Positions 19,401-27,913 of a stretch of 64,000 nt of DNA are shown here, one piece after another. A program made the position numbers and the translations under genes. This DNA comes from Candidatus Omnitrophota bacterium. GTDB taxonomy: Bacteria > Omnitrophota > Gorgyraeia > Duberdicusellales > 4484-171. Within the stretch, counting starts at the first letter, position 1, and each line of letters begins with the position of its first letter. The notes beneath the pieces are model-generated. The model had not been told where the DNA came from and ran no database searches. It saw nothing but the letters and a program-made list of their open reading frames with translations. Location: positions 2,954 to 66,953 of the forward strand of contig JAAEQW010000256.1 of the NCBI GenBank assembly GCA_024231025.1, written 5' to 3'.

Positions 19401-21683
19401 ATGGAAGACCACTTAGGTTTTTCCTCCAACGCTTTAATTGTTTTAAAAAAACGATACCTTAATAAGAACGAAAAGGGTGAAGTTATAGAAACACCTCAGG
19501 CGATGCTTTCTCGAGTTGCTAAAGCAATATCTTCTGTTGAAAGAAAATATGGAGCCGATAGAGAAGCGGTAAAAAAATTCGAAAAAGAGATTTTTGATGT
19601 AACCGCTAATTTGGAGTTTATGCCGAACTCCCCAACTCTTATGAACGCCGGAAAAAATTTAGGTCAGCTTTCCGCTTGCTTTGTTGTTCCGGTGGAAGAT
19701 TCAATGGAGTCAATTTTTGATGCGATTAAAGCAACTGCGCTTATTCATAAAACAGGCGGCGGTACCGGGTTTAATTTTTCTCGTCTTCGTCAATCAAAAA
19801 GCGTAGTTCGTTCAACTGGCGGTGTGGCAAGCGGGCCGATATCGTTCATGAAGGTGTTTGATGCCGCGACACAGGCGGTTAAGCAGGGTGGGACGCGCCG
19901 TGGTGCTAATATGGGCATCCTTAGAGTTGATCACCCCGATATTTTAGAATTCATAAAGTGCAAAGGAACAGAAGGTGAAATCTCTAATTTTAATATCTCT
20001 ATTGCGATAACCGATGCATTCATGGAGTCAGTTTTAAAAAGCGAAGACTACGACCTTATAGATCCTCACACAAAGCAATCAGTTGCTAAATTAAACGCGC
20101 GAACAGTTTCTGATTTGATCGCTGAATGCGCACACAAAAATGGTGAACCGGGAATTGTTTTTATTGATAAAATGAACGAAGATAATCCGACCGCTCATCT
20201 TGGTCAGATCGAAAGCACTAACCCTTGCGGCGAACAGCCACTTTTGCCTTTTGAGTCTTGTAATTTGGGTTCAGTCAATTTAGCAAAAATGTTAAAAAAA
20301 GTTGATGAATCTTTTCAGGTTGATTGGGAAAAGTTAGAGAAAACTACACATTTGGCGACAAGATTTCTAGACAACGTAATTGAAGCTAATAAATTTCCTC
20401 TACCGCAGATCAAAGAAAATACTTTTAAAACCAGAAAAGTTGGTTTAGGTGTTATGGGTTGGGCAACAATGCTTGGGTTTTTGGGTATTGCTTATGATAG
20501 CGATGAAGCAATAGGCTTGGCTAAGCAGGTTATGAAGTTTATTTATGGACACGCAAGAAAAGAGTCGGTTCAATTGGCTAAGGAACGGGGAGTATTTCCT
20601 GCTTGGAAAAAGAGTGTCTGGGATAAAAGAAATATTAAAATAAGAAATGCTACCCTTACGACTATCGCTCCAACCGGAACAATTAGCATTATTGCTGGTC
20701 CGACATCCTCGGGGATTGAGCCTAATTTCTCTTTGTGCTATTTTCGCAACGTTTTAGATGGCGAAAAGCTCCTGGAAGTTGACCCGGCTTTTGAACATGT
20801 TGCTAAGGGGGGCGGTTTTTATTCTCAAGAGTTAATGAAAAAAATAGCTTCCGGAGAGAGTATACAAAATATGGATGAAGTTCCAGATCAAATCAAAACG
20901 GTTTTTAAAACCGCAATGGAGATAACACCTTTCTGGCATATAAAAATGCAAAGTGCTTTTCAGGAGTTTACTGATAATGCAGTTTCAAAAACGATCAATT
21001 TGCCAAATTCGGCCTCTTTAGACGATGTAAAGGAGGCTTATACGCTTTCGCATAAATTAGGGTGTAAAGGAATTACTGTATATCGAGATGGATCAAGAAG
21101 CGTGCAAGTTTTAACTGTGGATAAGAAAACAGAGCCCGCGCCTTTGGCTGCGTCGGTTGATGATCTTGCTTTGTTTTGTCCAAAATCCAGACCGGAAGTT
21201 ATTTCCGGAACCACAAGCAAAGTAACCACAGGTTGCGGAAACCTTTATATTACCGTTAATCAGAATGAAGAGGGTCATCTTTTTGAAGTTTTTACTCAAA
21301 TGGGTAAAGCCGGAGGGTGCGCTGCTTCTCAACTTGAAGCAGTAGGAAGAATGGTTTCAGTGGCTCTTCGCGGAGGAATTGACATTAAAGCTGTTGTTGA
21401 ACAACTTAAAGGGATTCGTTGTCCGTCGCCGTCTTGGGCTAATGGAAAAAAGATTTTCTCTTGCGCCGATGCTATCGCGAGGGTCCTAGAGAAAAGAGCT
21501 AGCGAGAAAAAAACCCCTGTATCAAGAATTAAAGTTTTAAGCCATGTTAAAGGTGTTCCTTCTTTTGTTCAGGATGATACTAGCTTTGCTAATGTTGTTG
21601 GTGTTTGCGTTGATTGCGGTTTTGCGCTTCGCCATCAGGAAGGATGCCTCGTTTGCGATGCGTGTGGTTACTCTAAGTGCTAA
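19401..21683 (+). CDS. nrdJ: Class II (adenosylcobalamin-dependent) ribonucleoside-diphosphate/triphosphate reductase
   Basis: 760 aa with the RNR ten-stranded barrel active-site region (NPCGEQPL) and a C-terminal Cys-rich zinc ribbon (CVDCGF...CLVCDACGY). Confidence 0.85.
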   Translation: MEDHLGFSSNALIVLKKRYLNKNEKGEVIETPQAMLSRVAKAISSVERKYGADREAVKKFEKEIFDVTANLEFMPNSPTLMNAGKNLGQLSACFVVPVEDSMESIFDAIKATALIHKTGGGTGFNFSRLRQSKSVVRSTGGVASGPISFMKVFDAATQAVKQGGTRRGANMGILRVDHPDILEFIKCKGTEGEISNFNISIAITDAFMESVLKSEDYDLIDPHTKQSVAKLNARTVSDLIAECAHKNGEPGIVFIDKMNEDNPTAHLGQIESTNPCGEQPLLPFESCNLGSVNLAKMLKKVDESFQVDWEKLEKTTHLATRFLDNVIEANKFPLPQIKENTFKTRKVGLGVMGWATMLGFLGIAYDSDEAIGLAKQVMKFIYGHARKESVQLAKERGVFPAWKKSVWDKRNIKIRNATLTTIAPTGTISIIAGPTSSGIEPNFSLCYFRNVLDGEKLLEVDPAFEHVAKGGGFYSQELMKKIASGESIQNMDEVPDQIKTVFKTAMEITPFWHIKMQSAFQEFTDNAVSKTINLPNSASLDDVKEAYTLSHKLGCKGITVYRDGSRSVQVLTVDKKTEPAPLAASVDDLALFCPKSRPEVISGTTSKVTTGCGNLYITVNQNEEGHLFEVFTQMGKAGGCAASQLEAVGRMVSVALRGGIDIKAVVEQLKGIRCPSPSWANGKKIFSCADAIARVLEKRASEKKTPVSRIKVLSHVKGVPSFVQDDTSFANVVGVCVDCGFALRHQEGCLVCDACGYSKC

Positions 21684-21704
21684 CTGCGTTTGTAAACCTT
21701 TCTG

Positions 21705-21733
21705 TTGACATTCATTTCAGGATATAGTATTTT
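21705..21733 (+). promoter_or_regulatory. Candidate promoter TTGACA-17-TATTTT for etfBA
   Basis: ttgaca 21705-21710. An AAGG Shine-Dalgarno precedes the ATG at 21756. Confidence 0.35.
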
Positions 21734-21755
21734 GATATATCACAAAAGGTAAGTT

Positions 21756-22547
21756 ATGAATATAGTAGTCTGTATAAAACAAGTTCCTGACACAGTTGAT
21801 GTAAGAATCAACCCTGAAACAAATACGCTTATCCGAGAAGGGGTCGAGTCAATTATTAATCCTTTTGATATGTATGCGATTGAAGAAGGGGTGCGCCTGA
21901 AAGAGCGCTTCGGTGGAAAGGTTACAGCTGTTACTATGGGCCCTGCTCAGGCGCAAGATGCTTTACGTGAAGCGCTTTCAATGGGCGTTGATGAGGCAAT
22001 TCATCTTTCTGATCGTGCGTTTGCTGGAAGTGATACCTGGGCCACTAGTTTAATTTTGGCTAAAGCGATAGAAAAAATTGCTGATGTTGATTTGATCCTT
22101 TGTGGTAAGCAAGCTTCCGATGGCGATACGGCTCAGGTTGGGCCAGGGATTGCTTCGCATTTGAATTTCCCCCAAGCTACATATGTAAGGCGAATTGATA
22201 CCGTTCATCTTGATACATCACCTAAAATTATGATTGTTGAAAGATTGCTTGAGGAAGGTTATGAAATTTTAGAATTAAGCTTGCCGGCAATTGTGACCGT
22301 GGTTAAAGAAATAAATGAACCGAGAATGCCGTCATTAAAAGGTAAAATGAAAGCAAGAAAAGCCGAAATACCAACATGGGGAAACAAAGAATTAGAGATA
22401 GAAGCCGATCAGATTGGTCTTGATGGATCACCAACTCAAGTAGTGAAAATCTTTACTCCTTCTCAGAAAAAAAGTGGTAAGATTTTTGAGGGTGAACCAC
22501 AGGAAGTAGTAGAGAAATTGATCAACGAAATAAAGGATATTTTGTAA
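21756..22547 (+). CDS. etfB: Electron transfer flavoprotein beta subunit (EtfB/FixA)
   Basis: MNIVVCIKQVPD N-terminus and an AMP-binding fold. Confidence 0.85.
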   Translation: MNIVVCIKQVPDTVDVRINPETNTLIREGVESIINPFDMYAIEEGVRLKERFGGKVTAVTMGPAQAQDALREALSMGVDEAIHLSDRAFAGSDTWATSLILAKAIEKIADVDLILCGKQASDGDTAQVGPGIASHLNFPQATYVRRIDTVHLDTSPKIMIVERLLEEGYEILELSLPAIVTVVKEINEPRMPSLKGKMKARKAEIPTWGNKELEIEADQIGLDGSPTQVVKIFTPSQKKSGKIFEGEPQEVVEKLINEIKDIL

Positions 22548-22552
22548 TAATA

Positions 22553-22643
22553 ATATTACGTAGGGACAGGTTTTTAACCTGTCCTTTATAGAATTAAAAT
22601 ATTACGTAGGGACAGGTCGTGACCTGTCCGTTATAGAATTAAA
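22553..22643 (+). repeat. Two tandem copies of a roughly 46-bp unit, each carrying an 8-bp-stem hairpin (GGACAGGT...ACCTGTCC), in the etfB-etfA spacer
   Basis: Copy 1 is 22553-22598 and copy 2 is 22599-22643. The stems are identical and the loops differ (TTTTA vs CGTG). Confidence 0.7.
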
Positions 22644-22645
22644 AC

Positions 22646-23836
22646 ATGAGTGGAATAAAAGTAATAAATGAGAGTTGTGTTGGTTGCGGGGTATGCCTAA
22701 AGGCGTGTCCGGTTGATGCAATAAGTATGGTTGATAAAAAAGCGGTTATCGATTTGGATCGGTGCACTTTGTGTGGAGCCTGCGTTAGCAGCTGTAAATT
22801 TAACGCAATCCAAATCATACGTCAGGCGGTAGCTAAAGAGGATATATCAAATTATAAAGGTGTATGGGTATTTGCCGAGCAGCGTGACGGTGAGATTGCT
22901 TCTGTTGCTTTTGAACTTCTCAATAAAGCGGCTGTGTTAGCTGGTGACCTTGGCACTTATGTTGGTGCGGTGCTTCTTGGCTATGGAGTTGAAGAGAAAG
23001 CTCAAGAATTAATTCATCGCGGGGCCAATAAAGTGTTTGTTATGAATTCACAAGTCCTAAAGGAATATGTCGCGGAAAATTATTCTGCCGCTATTGTAAA
23101 TTTAGTTAAAAAACATAAACCAGAAATTATTTTAGCCGGTGCGACAACAACCGGCAGGAGCCTTGTTTCACGCATTGCGGTTAGCCTTTACACTGGTTTA
23201 ACTGCTGATTGCACCGCTCTTGACATTGATAAAGAAAAAAAGATCCTAATTCAGACCCGTCCTGCTTTTGGCGGCAATATTATGGCACAAATTATTTCGC
23301 CCGATTATCGCCCTCAGATGGCAACTGTTCGCCATAAGGTGATGCCCGAGAGCGCTAGCGATCCAACACGAACTGGTGAAGTAATCGAAGAAGTGTTTGA
23401 TTTAAATTGGCAAGACAAAAGGCTAAAATTTTTAGATTTTATAAAAGAAGCAGTTTCAACCGTTAATCTTGCCGAAGCGGATATTATTGTTTCCGGTGGT
23501 CGCGGCTTAGGCGATGGCGCAAATTTTAAGATAATTGAGGAGTTTGCTCAAAGCATTGGTGCTGCGGTTGGTTCTTCTCGCGCGGCGGTAGACAGTGGGT
23601 GGATCCCTTATTCGCATCAGGTAGGTCAAACCGGACGTACAGTTTGCCCGAAAATCTATATTGCTTGCGGAATATCCGGTCAAATCCAACACCTAGTTGG
23701 GATGCAGTCTTCAAAAACGATTATTGCGATCAACAAAGATCCTGATGCCCCAATTTTTAAGGTAGCCGATTATGGCATTGTTGGTGATTTATTCAAAATA
23801 CTCCCGCTTTTAACCAAGCACTTTAAGCAGGCGTAG
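22646..23836 (+). CDS. etfA: Electron transfer flavoprotein alpha subunit with an N-terminal 2x[4Fe-4S] ferredoxin domain (FixB/CarE-like)
   Basis: Two CxxCxxCxxxCP motifs (CVGCGVCLKACP; CTLCGACVSSC), then the EtfA FAD-binding domain. Confidence 0.85.
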   Translation: MSGIKVINESCVGCGVCLKACPVDAISMVDKKAVIDLDRCTLCGACVSSCKFNAIQIIRQAVAKEDISNYKGVWVFAEQRDGEIASVAFELLNKAAVLAGDLGTYVGAVLLGYGVEEKAQELIHRGANKVFVMNSQVLKEYVAENYSAAIVNLVKKHKPEIILAGATTTGRSLVSRIAVSLYTGLTADCTALDIDKEKKILIQTRPAFGGNIMAQIISPDYRPQMATVRHKVMPESASDPTRTGEVIEEVFDLNWQDKRLKFLDFIKEAVSTVNLAEADIIVSGGRGLGDGANFKIIEEFAQSIGAAVGSSRAAVDSGWIPYSHQVGQTGRTVCPKIYIACGISGQIQHLVGMQSSKTIIAINKDPDAPIFKVADYGIVGDLFKILPLLTKHFKQA

Positions 23837-24042
23837 GTTGTAACTTTCTGTTTTTCAAAGGGTTATGACTTTTTTTGCTTTTTTCTTGCATTCCGTGAAA
23901 GGATATGTTATAAATGAAGAACTGGATTTAGTAAGCGGTTTCACATTATTTGGAAAAATGAACTTATACTTATCAGGGGAGGGATCAGCTTATGTTGATT
24001 TGGTAAGGTCGTAAGTTCGCTTAACACAAATTGGAGCGAACA

Positions 24043-27000
24043 ATGATTTTACAATTACAAAGAAGACGGGCGTCGATTTCGTTTAGAGCAGTGGCAATAA
24101 TCGTTACCACTGTTTTTTTATTTTCTGTTTTTTCACTATACTTAAGCAAGTCACATCGGGTGTATGCATCAGCATTGCCTTATATGTCTGCACCGGCAAA
24201 GCTAGTTAGCACTAGTAGCACCTTTAACCCTCCTTTATTGCGTGGGATAAAACTTCATGCCGATAATCCATTTAAAATTGATTTTATAGTTGACCAGGGC
24301 GATTTTAGCCGGTCATCTAGTGAGTTAGAAGAAGAAACTAAGCGTTTAATTAAGTATTTTCTGGCTTCAATCACCATTCCGGAAGAGGATTTATGGGTTA
24401 ATCTTTCGCCTTATGAAAAAGATAGAATGGTTCCTAACGCCTTGGGTCTTACTGATATGGGCCGAGATCTTTTGGGGGAAGATTACGTTCTAAAACAATT
24501 AACCGCTTCCTTAACCTATCCGGATAGCCCTTTAGGGAAAAAGTTCTGGGATAAGGTTTATGAGCGCACCGAACAGCTCTATGGAACGACTAATATCCCT
24601 GCAAATACTTTCAGTAAAATTTGGATTATGCCGCAAAAGGCAGTGGTTTATGAAGACCGCAGTGGTGCCTTTGTTGCCGAGAGCCATTTGAAAGTTATGA
24701 TGGAGGCTGATTATTTTGCTGCGCAAAAGAATCAGCAGACCATAGACCATAGACTACAGACCACAGACCACAGACCAGAGACCAGAGGCCGTAAACCGGA
24801 CACCGTAACTGATGTTTCGGCTGCAATCATGAAAGATGTGATTTTGCCGGTAATCGAGGAAGAAATAAACACTGGTGCACAATTTGCTCACTTGCGTCAA
24901 ATTTATCACTCTTTAATTTTAGCGACATGGTTTAAAAAGAAATTAAAGCAGACCGCGCTTGAAAAAGCTTATATAGGTAAAAACAAGATAAAAGGCGCCG
25001 ACACCAGTGATCCGCAAATTAAAGAGAAAATTTACAACCAATACTTAGAAGCTTACACCAAAGGCGCATACAACTATATTCGCCGCGATCTCGACGTAAA
25101 AACAAATCGCCGTGTTAGTCGCCGCTACTACTCAGGCGGATTCACTACTGCCGGAGAAATGGATGAAGCATTTGATGCTAGGCCACTAGAGAGGCTTCCG
25201 GCCGGGCAAAGCCCGAGTGATTTTGATAACGGACCATCAACTCTTTTCCAGACTGATTTATCAGCTCTTTTAGGAGATGGTGAAGAAGTTAACATGAGTC
25301 GTCATTTTCGCACATCAGCACAAGCAGAAACAGTGACAACGGGGCTAATGAACGCATTAGAAAGCAAAGGAATAGTTTTTAGTCCAAAACAATGGCAGGG
25401 TTATGGTCATGCGGATGCATACACTCGTAATATGATAGGTAGAATTGTTACTGTAGTCGGGGAGGTAATAGATAATGATTCGTCAGATCCAATTAGTTTG
25501 TCTGCCCAAGACATGGCCTTTCAGCGCGAAAATGGAAGAGACCCGATTCAATTGCACTTGACGAAAGAAGATAAAGGTAATACGACTACGTTTTCAATTA
25601 CCTTTGTTAGTCAGAGTAACCAGGGTATTGTTGATATTGCGCTAGACAACGGTGGTCAAATTGTAGAAACTGATCATCGTCCAATTGCCTCTAATCGGAT
25701 GGCACGATTTAAAACCTGGGATCCAAAAGCTGCCCAAATGCTTGACTCGCTACAAAGATTAGAACCAACTGCCAATTTACTCGCGATAATTACCAATGGT
25801 CGACTTTTAGATTGGGTGCAGTTGCTTTGGAAGGGCGCGGTTCCGTCTTTAGATGAGCTAAAAAATTATACATTGGGTGATGTAGCTGATCATTTGAGTT
25901 GGCCAAGTTCGCTTACAGAAGGAATAGATGAGTTAATCAGCTCAATGAAAGCAGCGACTTTAATTGAATATGAGGAGATGGACGAAAATGGCGAAATGGT
26001 AAAAGTGACAAAAGAGTGGAGAGATCCCACAAATAGTTTAGCAAATAGGCTTAAAAAAGCGCAAAAGAGAAAAGATGCAATAGATAAAGAATTTGCTCCA
26101 GCGATAAAGCGGCTGGAAGCTCGCAGAAAGACAATAGCCGCGAGCGATGAAGGTGAAGAAGATAAAAAAAAGGCGATAGCCGAAGTGGATAAAGCGACTG
26201 CTATTGAAAAAAACAAGGCAGAAGCCCGAAAAAGGAGAATAGACATTAGCTTGGCTCGTGCAATCTCAAAGTATTCGGCGGCTCGGCTTTATCCGGGGCG
26301 CGAACCTCGCCTTTTCTTGCCAACACCAAAATACACTCTAGGCGAAATACAGGATTACCTGTCAGCTTTGTTAAATGAACCTGATGGAATTTCGACAAAA
26401 GTTGCGCAAGAAACAAGCGCAAGAGAAAAAAGGCTTGAGCTTTCAGGCAAAGCAGCTGAAATTTTGGTTAATGTATTGAGTAATGAGGGTGTAGAATTTC
26501 AACCAAAACGAGAATCCAGTGAACTTGCACCTACACCTCTTGAGCACGATGTTTACATCAAAGGCATAATTTCTCAAATTACTGCGATGCTTAATCGAGT
26601 AAAGGAAACAGACAGATTAACCCAAAGTGATTTACTCTACCAAGAAATTAATAGCAATAGTGTAATTAACCTAAACGTTGAAAGGGCGCCTAGCGAGCAA
26701 GGAACTGTATTGTCTGTTGCTTGGCATCGTACCAGTAGTAGCCCTGCCATTACGGATAACGCCCAGGGGGTAATTAATCTTACTATTTCAAATGAGGGCG
26801 AAATCACTACCTCTTTAGGGATTATTAAAAATGGTAAAGGGGGATTACCCGCAAGAACTTTTTCGCCAGAAAGCCCCAAAGGCCCAACCCCGGCAGATCG
26901 CCCATCATTACTGCCTGGTGGCTTCAACAGTCCCCCTGTGGTGGCCGGCAATAAGCCAAGCGATGATACTACAATAACAATTTCGCAAGATCCCCATGAA

Positions 27001-27747
27001 AAAAGTGGTGATTTAGCCGAAGTTTTAATTGACGCCTTAAAAAGCAAGGGAATAGCGTTTCAATTAAAAAGAGGTGCCAACGCAGTTAATAGTGGCGATT
27101 ATGCTGCTAAGATGAATAACGCTGTTAGCGAAATGTTTAGATGGGCAATAGCGACAGGATCTGGCGAATTATTTCCAGAAGATATGTTATTTCAAGGCAA
27201 TCATGGTGAAGATGTAATTAATTTAGCGGCTAACAGGAGTGTTAATCCTCAAGAGAAAATTACTGTTCGTTGGTATCGCAGGGGTGATCCTTCTGTGACT
27301 GATGATCAAGGGAGGGTTGATATTGTCATCTCAGAAGAGGGTCGAGTGAGTATTTTCCACCAGTTAATTAAGCCGCTTGACAGAAATGCCTTAGACGGTG
27401 CGCCTTTGGTTGGCGGTGGAGCAAGAACCTGGGGCGATGTTCTAGATTCTCCGGTATCAGAAGATAATGTGCCGTTTACCGAGCGTAACGGGGCGACAAT
27501 TCGGGTTAAGAAAAAGAAGTCACAAGTGGCTAAGAAGGAAATTAAAGGTAAAGGTAAGGGTAAGGACAGTTATGTTGGCGGTATCGATTTGGATACCGAT
27601 AATTGGGACGTTCAAGTTAAAGGTGGTGGAGCAGAGGTTTCCAGCTTTACGGATCTTCCTTTTGATGTTAAAAATTTGCGCGGGTTCACGCTTGAAATTT
27701 GTGATCGCAGCAGTGTTAACTCGGACGAATTGTTTGCCGTAAGATAG
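24043..27747 (+). CDS. Giant (about 1234 aa) signal-anchored protein of unknown function, paralog A. It has a conserved N-terminal domain shared with the 54668-58822 gene, internal repeat modules, and a Lys/Glu-rich coiled coil
   Basis: Long uninterrupted ORF with a GGAG Shine-Dalgarno 6 nt before the ATG at 24043 (the tracker start at 24031 is TTG). N-terminal TM helix. Residues ~45-375 align with the other giant ORF (ASALPYMSAP...WVNLSP.EKDR...GEDYVLKQLTASLTYP...RRYYSGG). Confidence 0.6.
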   Translation: MILQLQRRRASISFRAVAIIVTTVFLFSVFSLYLSKSHRVYASALPYMSAPAKLVSTSSTFNPPLLRGIKLHADNPFKIDFIVDQGDFSRSSSELEEETKRLIKYFLASITIPEEDLWVNLSPYEKDRMVPNALGLTDMGRDLLGEDYVLKQLTASLTYPDSPLGKKFWDKVYERTEQLYGTTNIPANTFSKIWIMPQKAVVYEDRSGAFVAESHLKVMMEADYFAAQKNQQTIDHRLQTTDHRPETRGRKPDTVTDVSAAIMKDVILPVIEEEINTGAQFAHLRQIYHSLILATWFKKKLKQTALEKAYIGKNKIKGADTSDPQIKEKIYNQYLEAYTKGAYNYIRRDLDVKTNRRVSRRYYSGGFTTAGEMDEAFDARPLERLPAGQSPSDFDNGPSTLFQTDLSALLGDGEEVNMSRHFRTSAQAETVTTGLMNALESKGIVFSPKQWQGYGHADAYTRNMIGRIVTVVGEVIDNDSSDPISLSAQDMAFQRENGRDPIQLHLTKEDKGNTTTFSITFVSQSNQGIVDIALDNGGQIVETDHRPIASNRMARFKTWDPKAAQMLDSLQRLEPTANLLAIITNGRLLDWVQLLWKGAVPSLDELKNYTLGDVADHLSWPSSLTEGIDELISSMKAATLIEYEEMDENGEMVKVTKEWRDPTNSLANRLKKAQKRKDAIDKEFAPAIKRLEARRKTIAASDEGEEDKKKAIAEVDKATAIEKNKAEARKRRIDISLARAISKYSAARLYPGREPRLFLPTPKYTLGEIQDYLSALLNEPDGISTKVAQETSAREKRLELSGKAAEILVNVLSNEGVEFQPKRESSELAPTPLEHDVYIKGIISQITAMLNRVKETDRLTQSDLLYQEINSNSVINLNVERAPSEQGTVLSVAWHRTSSSPAITDNAQGVINLTISNEGEITTSLGIIKNGKGGLPARTFSPESPKGPTPADRPSLLPGGFNSPPVVAGNKPSDDTTITISQDPHEKSGDLAEVLIDALKSKGIAFQLKRGANAVNSGDYAAKMNNAVSEMFRWAIATGSGELFPEDMLFQGNHGEDVINLAANRSVNPQEKITVRWYRRGDPSVTDDQGRVDIVISEEGRVSIFHQLIKPLDRNALDGAPLVGGGARTWGDVLDSPVSEDNVPFTERNGATIRVKKKKSQVAKKEIKGKGKGKDSYVGGIDLDTDNWDVQVKGGGAEVSSFTDLPFDVKNLRGFTLEICDRSSVNSDELFAVR
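24736..24784 (+). repeat. Heptanucleotide microsatellite [(C/T/G)AGAC(C/T)A]x7 inside the coding sequence of giant gene A
   Basis: Units cagacca, tagacca, tagacta, cagacca, cagacca, cagacca, gagacca. They encode TIDHRLQTTDHRPETR. Confidence 0.8.
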
Positions 27748-27770
27748 TTAATAAGAAATAAAGTAATCAA

Positions 27771-27806
27771 AAAAGGAACGGAGTAAATTCCGTTCCTTTT
27801 TTATTT
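27771..27806 (+). terminator. Rho-independent terminator after giant gene A
   Basis: AAAAAGGAACGG-agtaaatt-CCGTTCC followed by TTTTTTATTT. Confidence 0.8.
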
Positions 27807-27913
27807 GTGCATATATGGTAGATACTGTTTTTTTAACCACTAGATCTTGCGTATATTCTTTTATTATGGTAGTATAACTAAGAAAAGCTTTATTCTATTG
27901 AGGTTTTAGCACT

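Noticed and set aside
22553-22643. Tandem repeats with internal dyad symmetry, considered as a possible mini CRISPR array
   Set aside because: There are only two units, directly adjacent with no spacer sequences, and no cas genes in the window. It is better explained as a structured intergenic RNA or REP-like element.
24031-24042. Tracker-reported starts that are TTG codons (24031, 33666, 37658, 2665, 6988, 32356, 47089, 52596) or that overlap the upstream gene (40321)
   Set aside because: In each case an in-frame ATG or GTG a few codons downstream has a proper Shine-Dalgarno or sits just after a promoter. The coordinates were adjusted accordingly. The 5' ends remain uncertain by a few codons.
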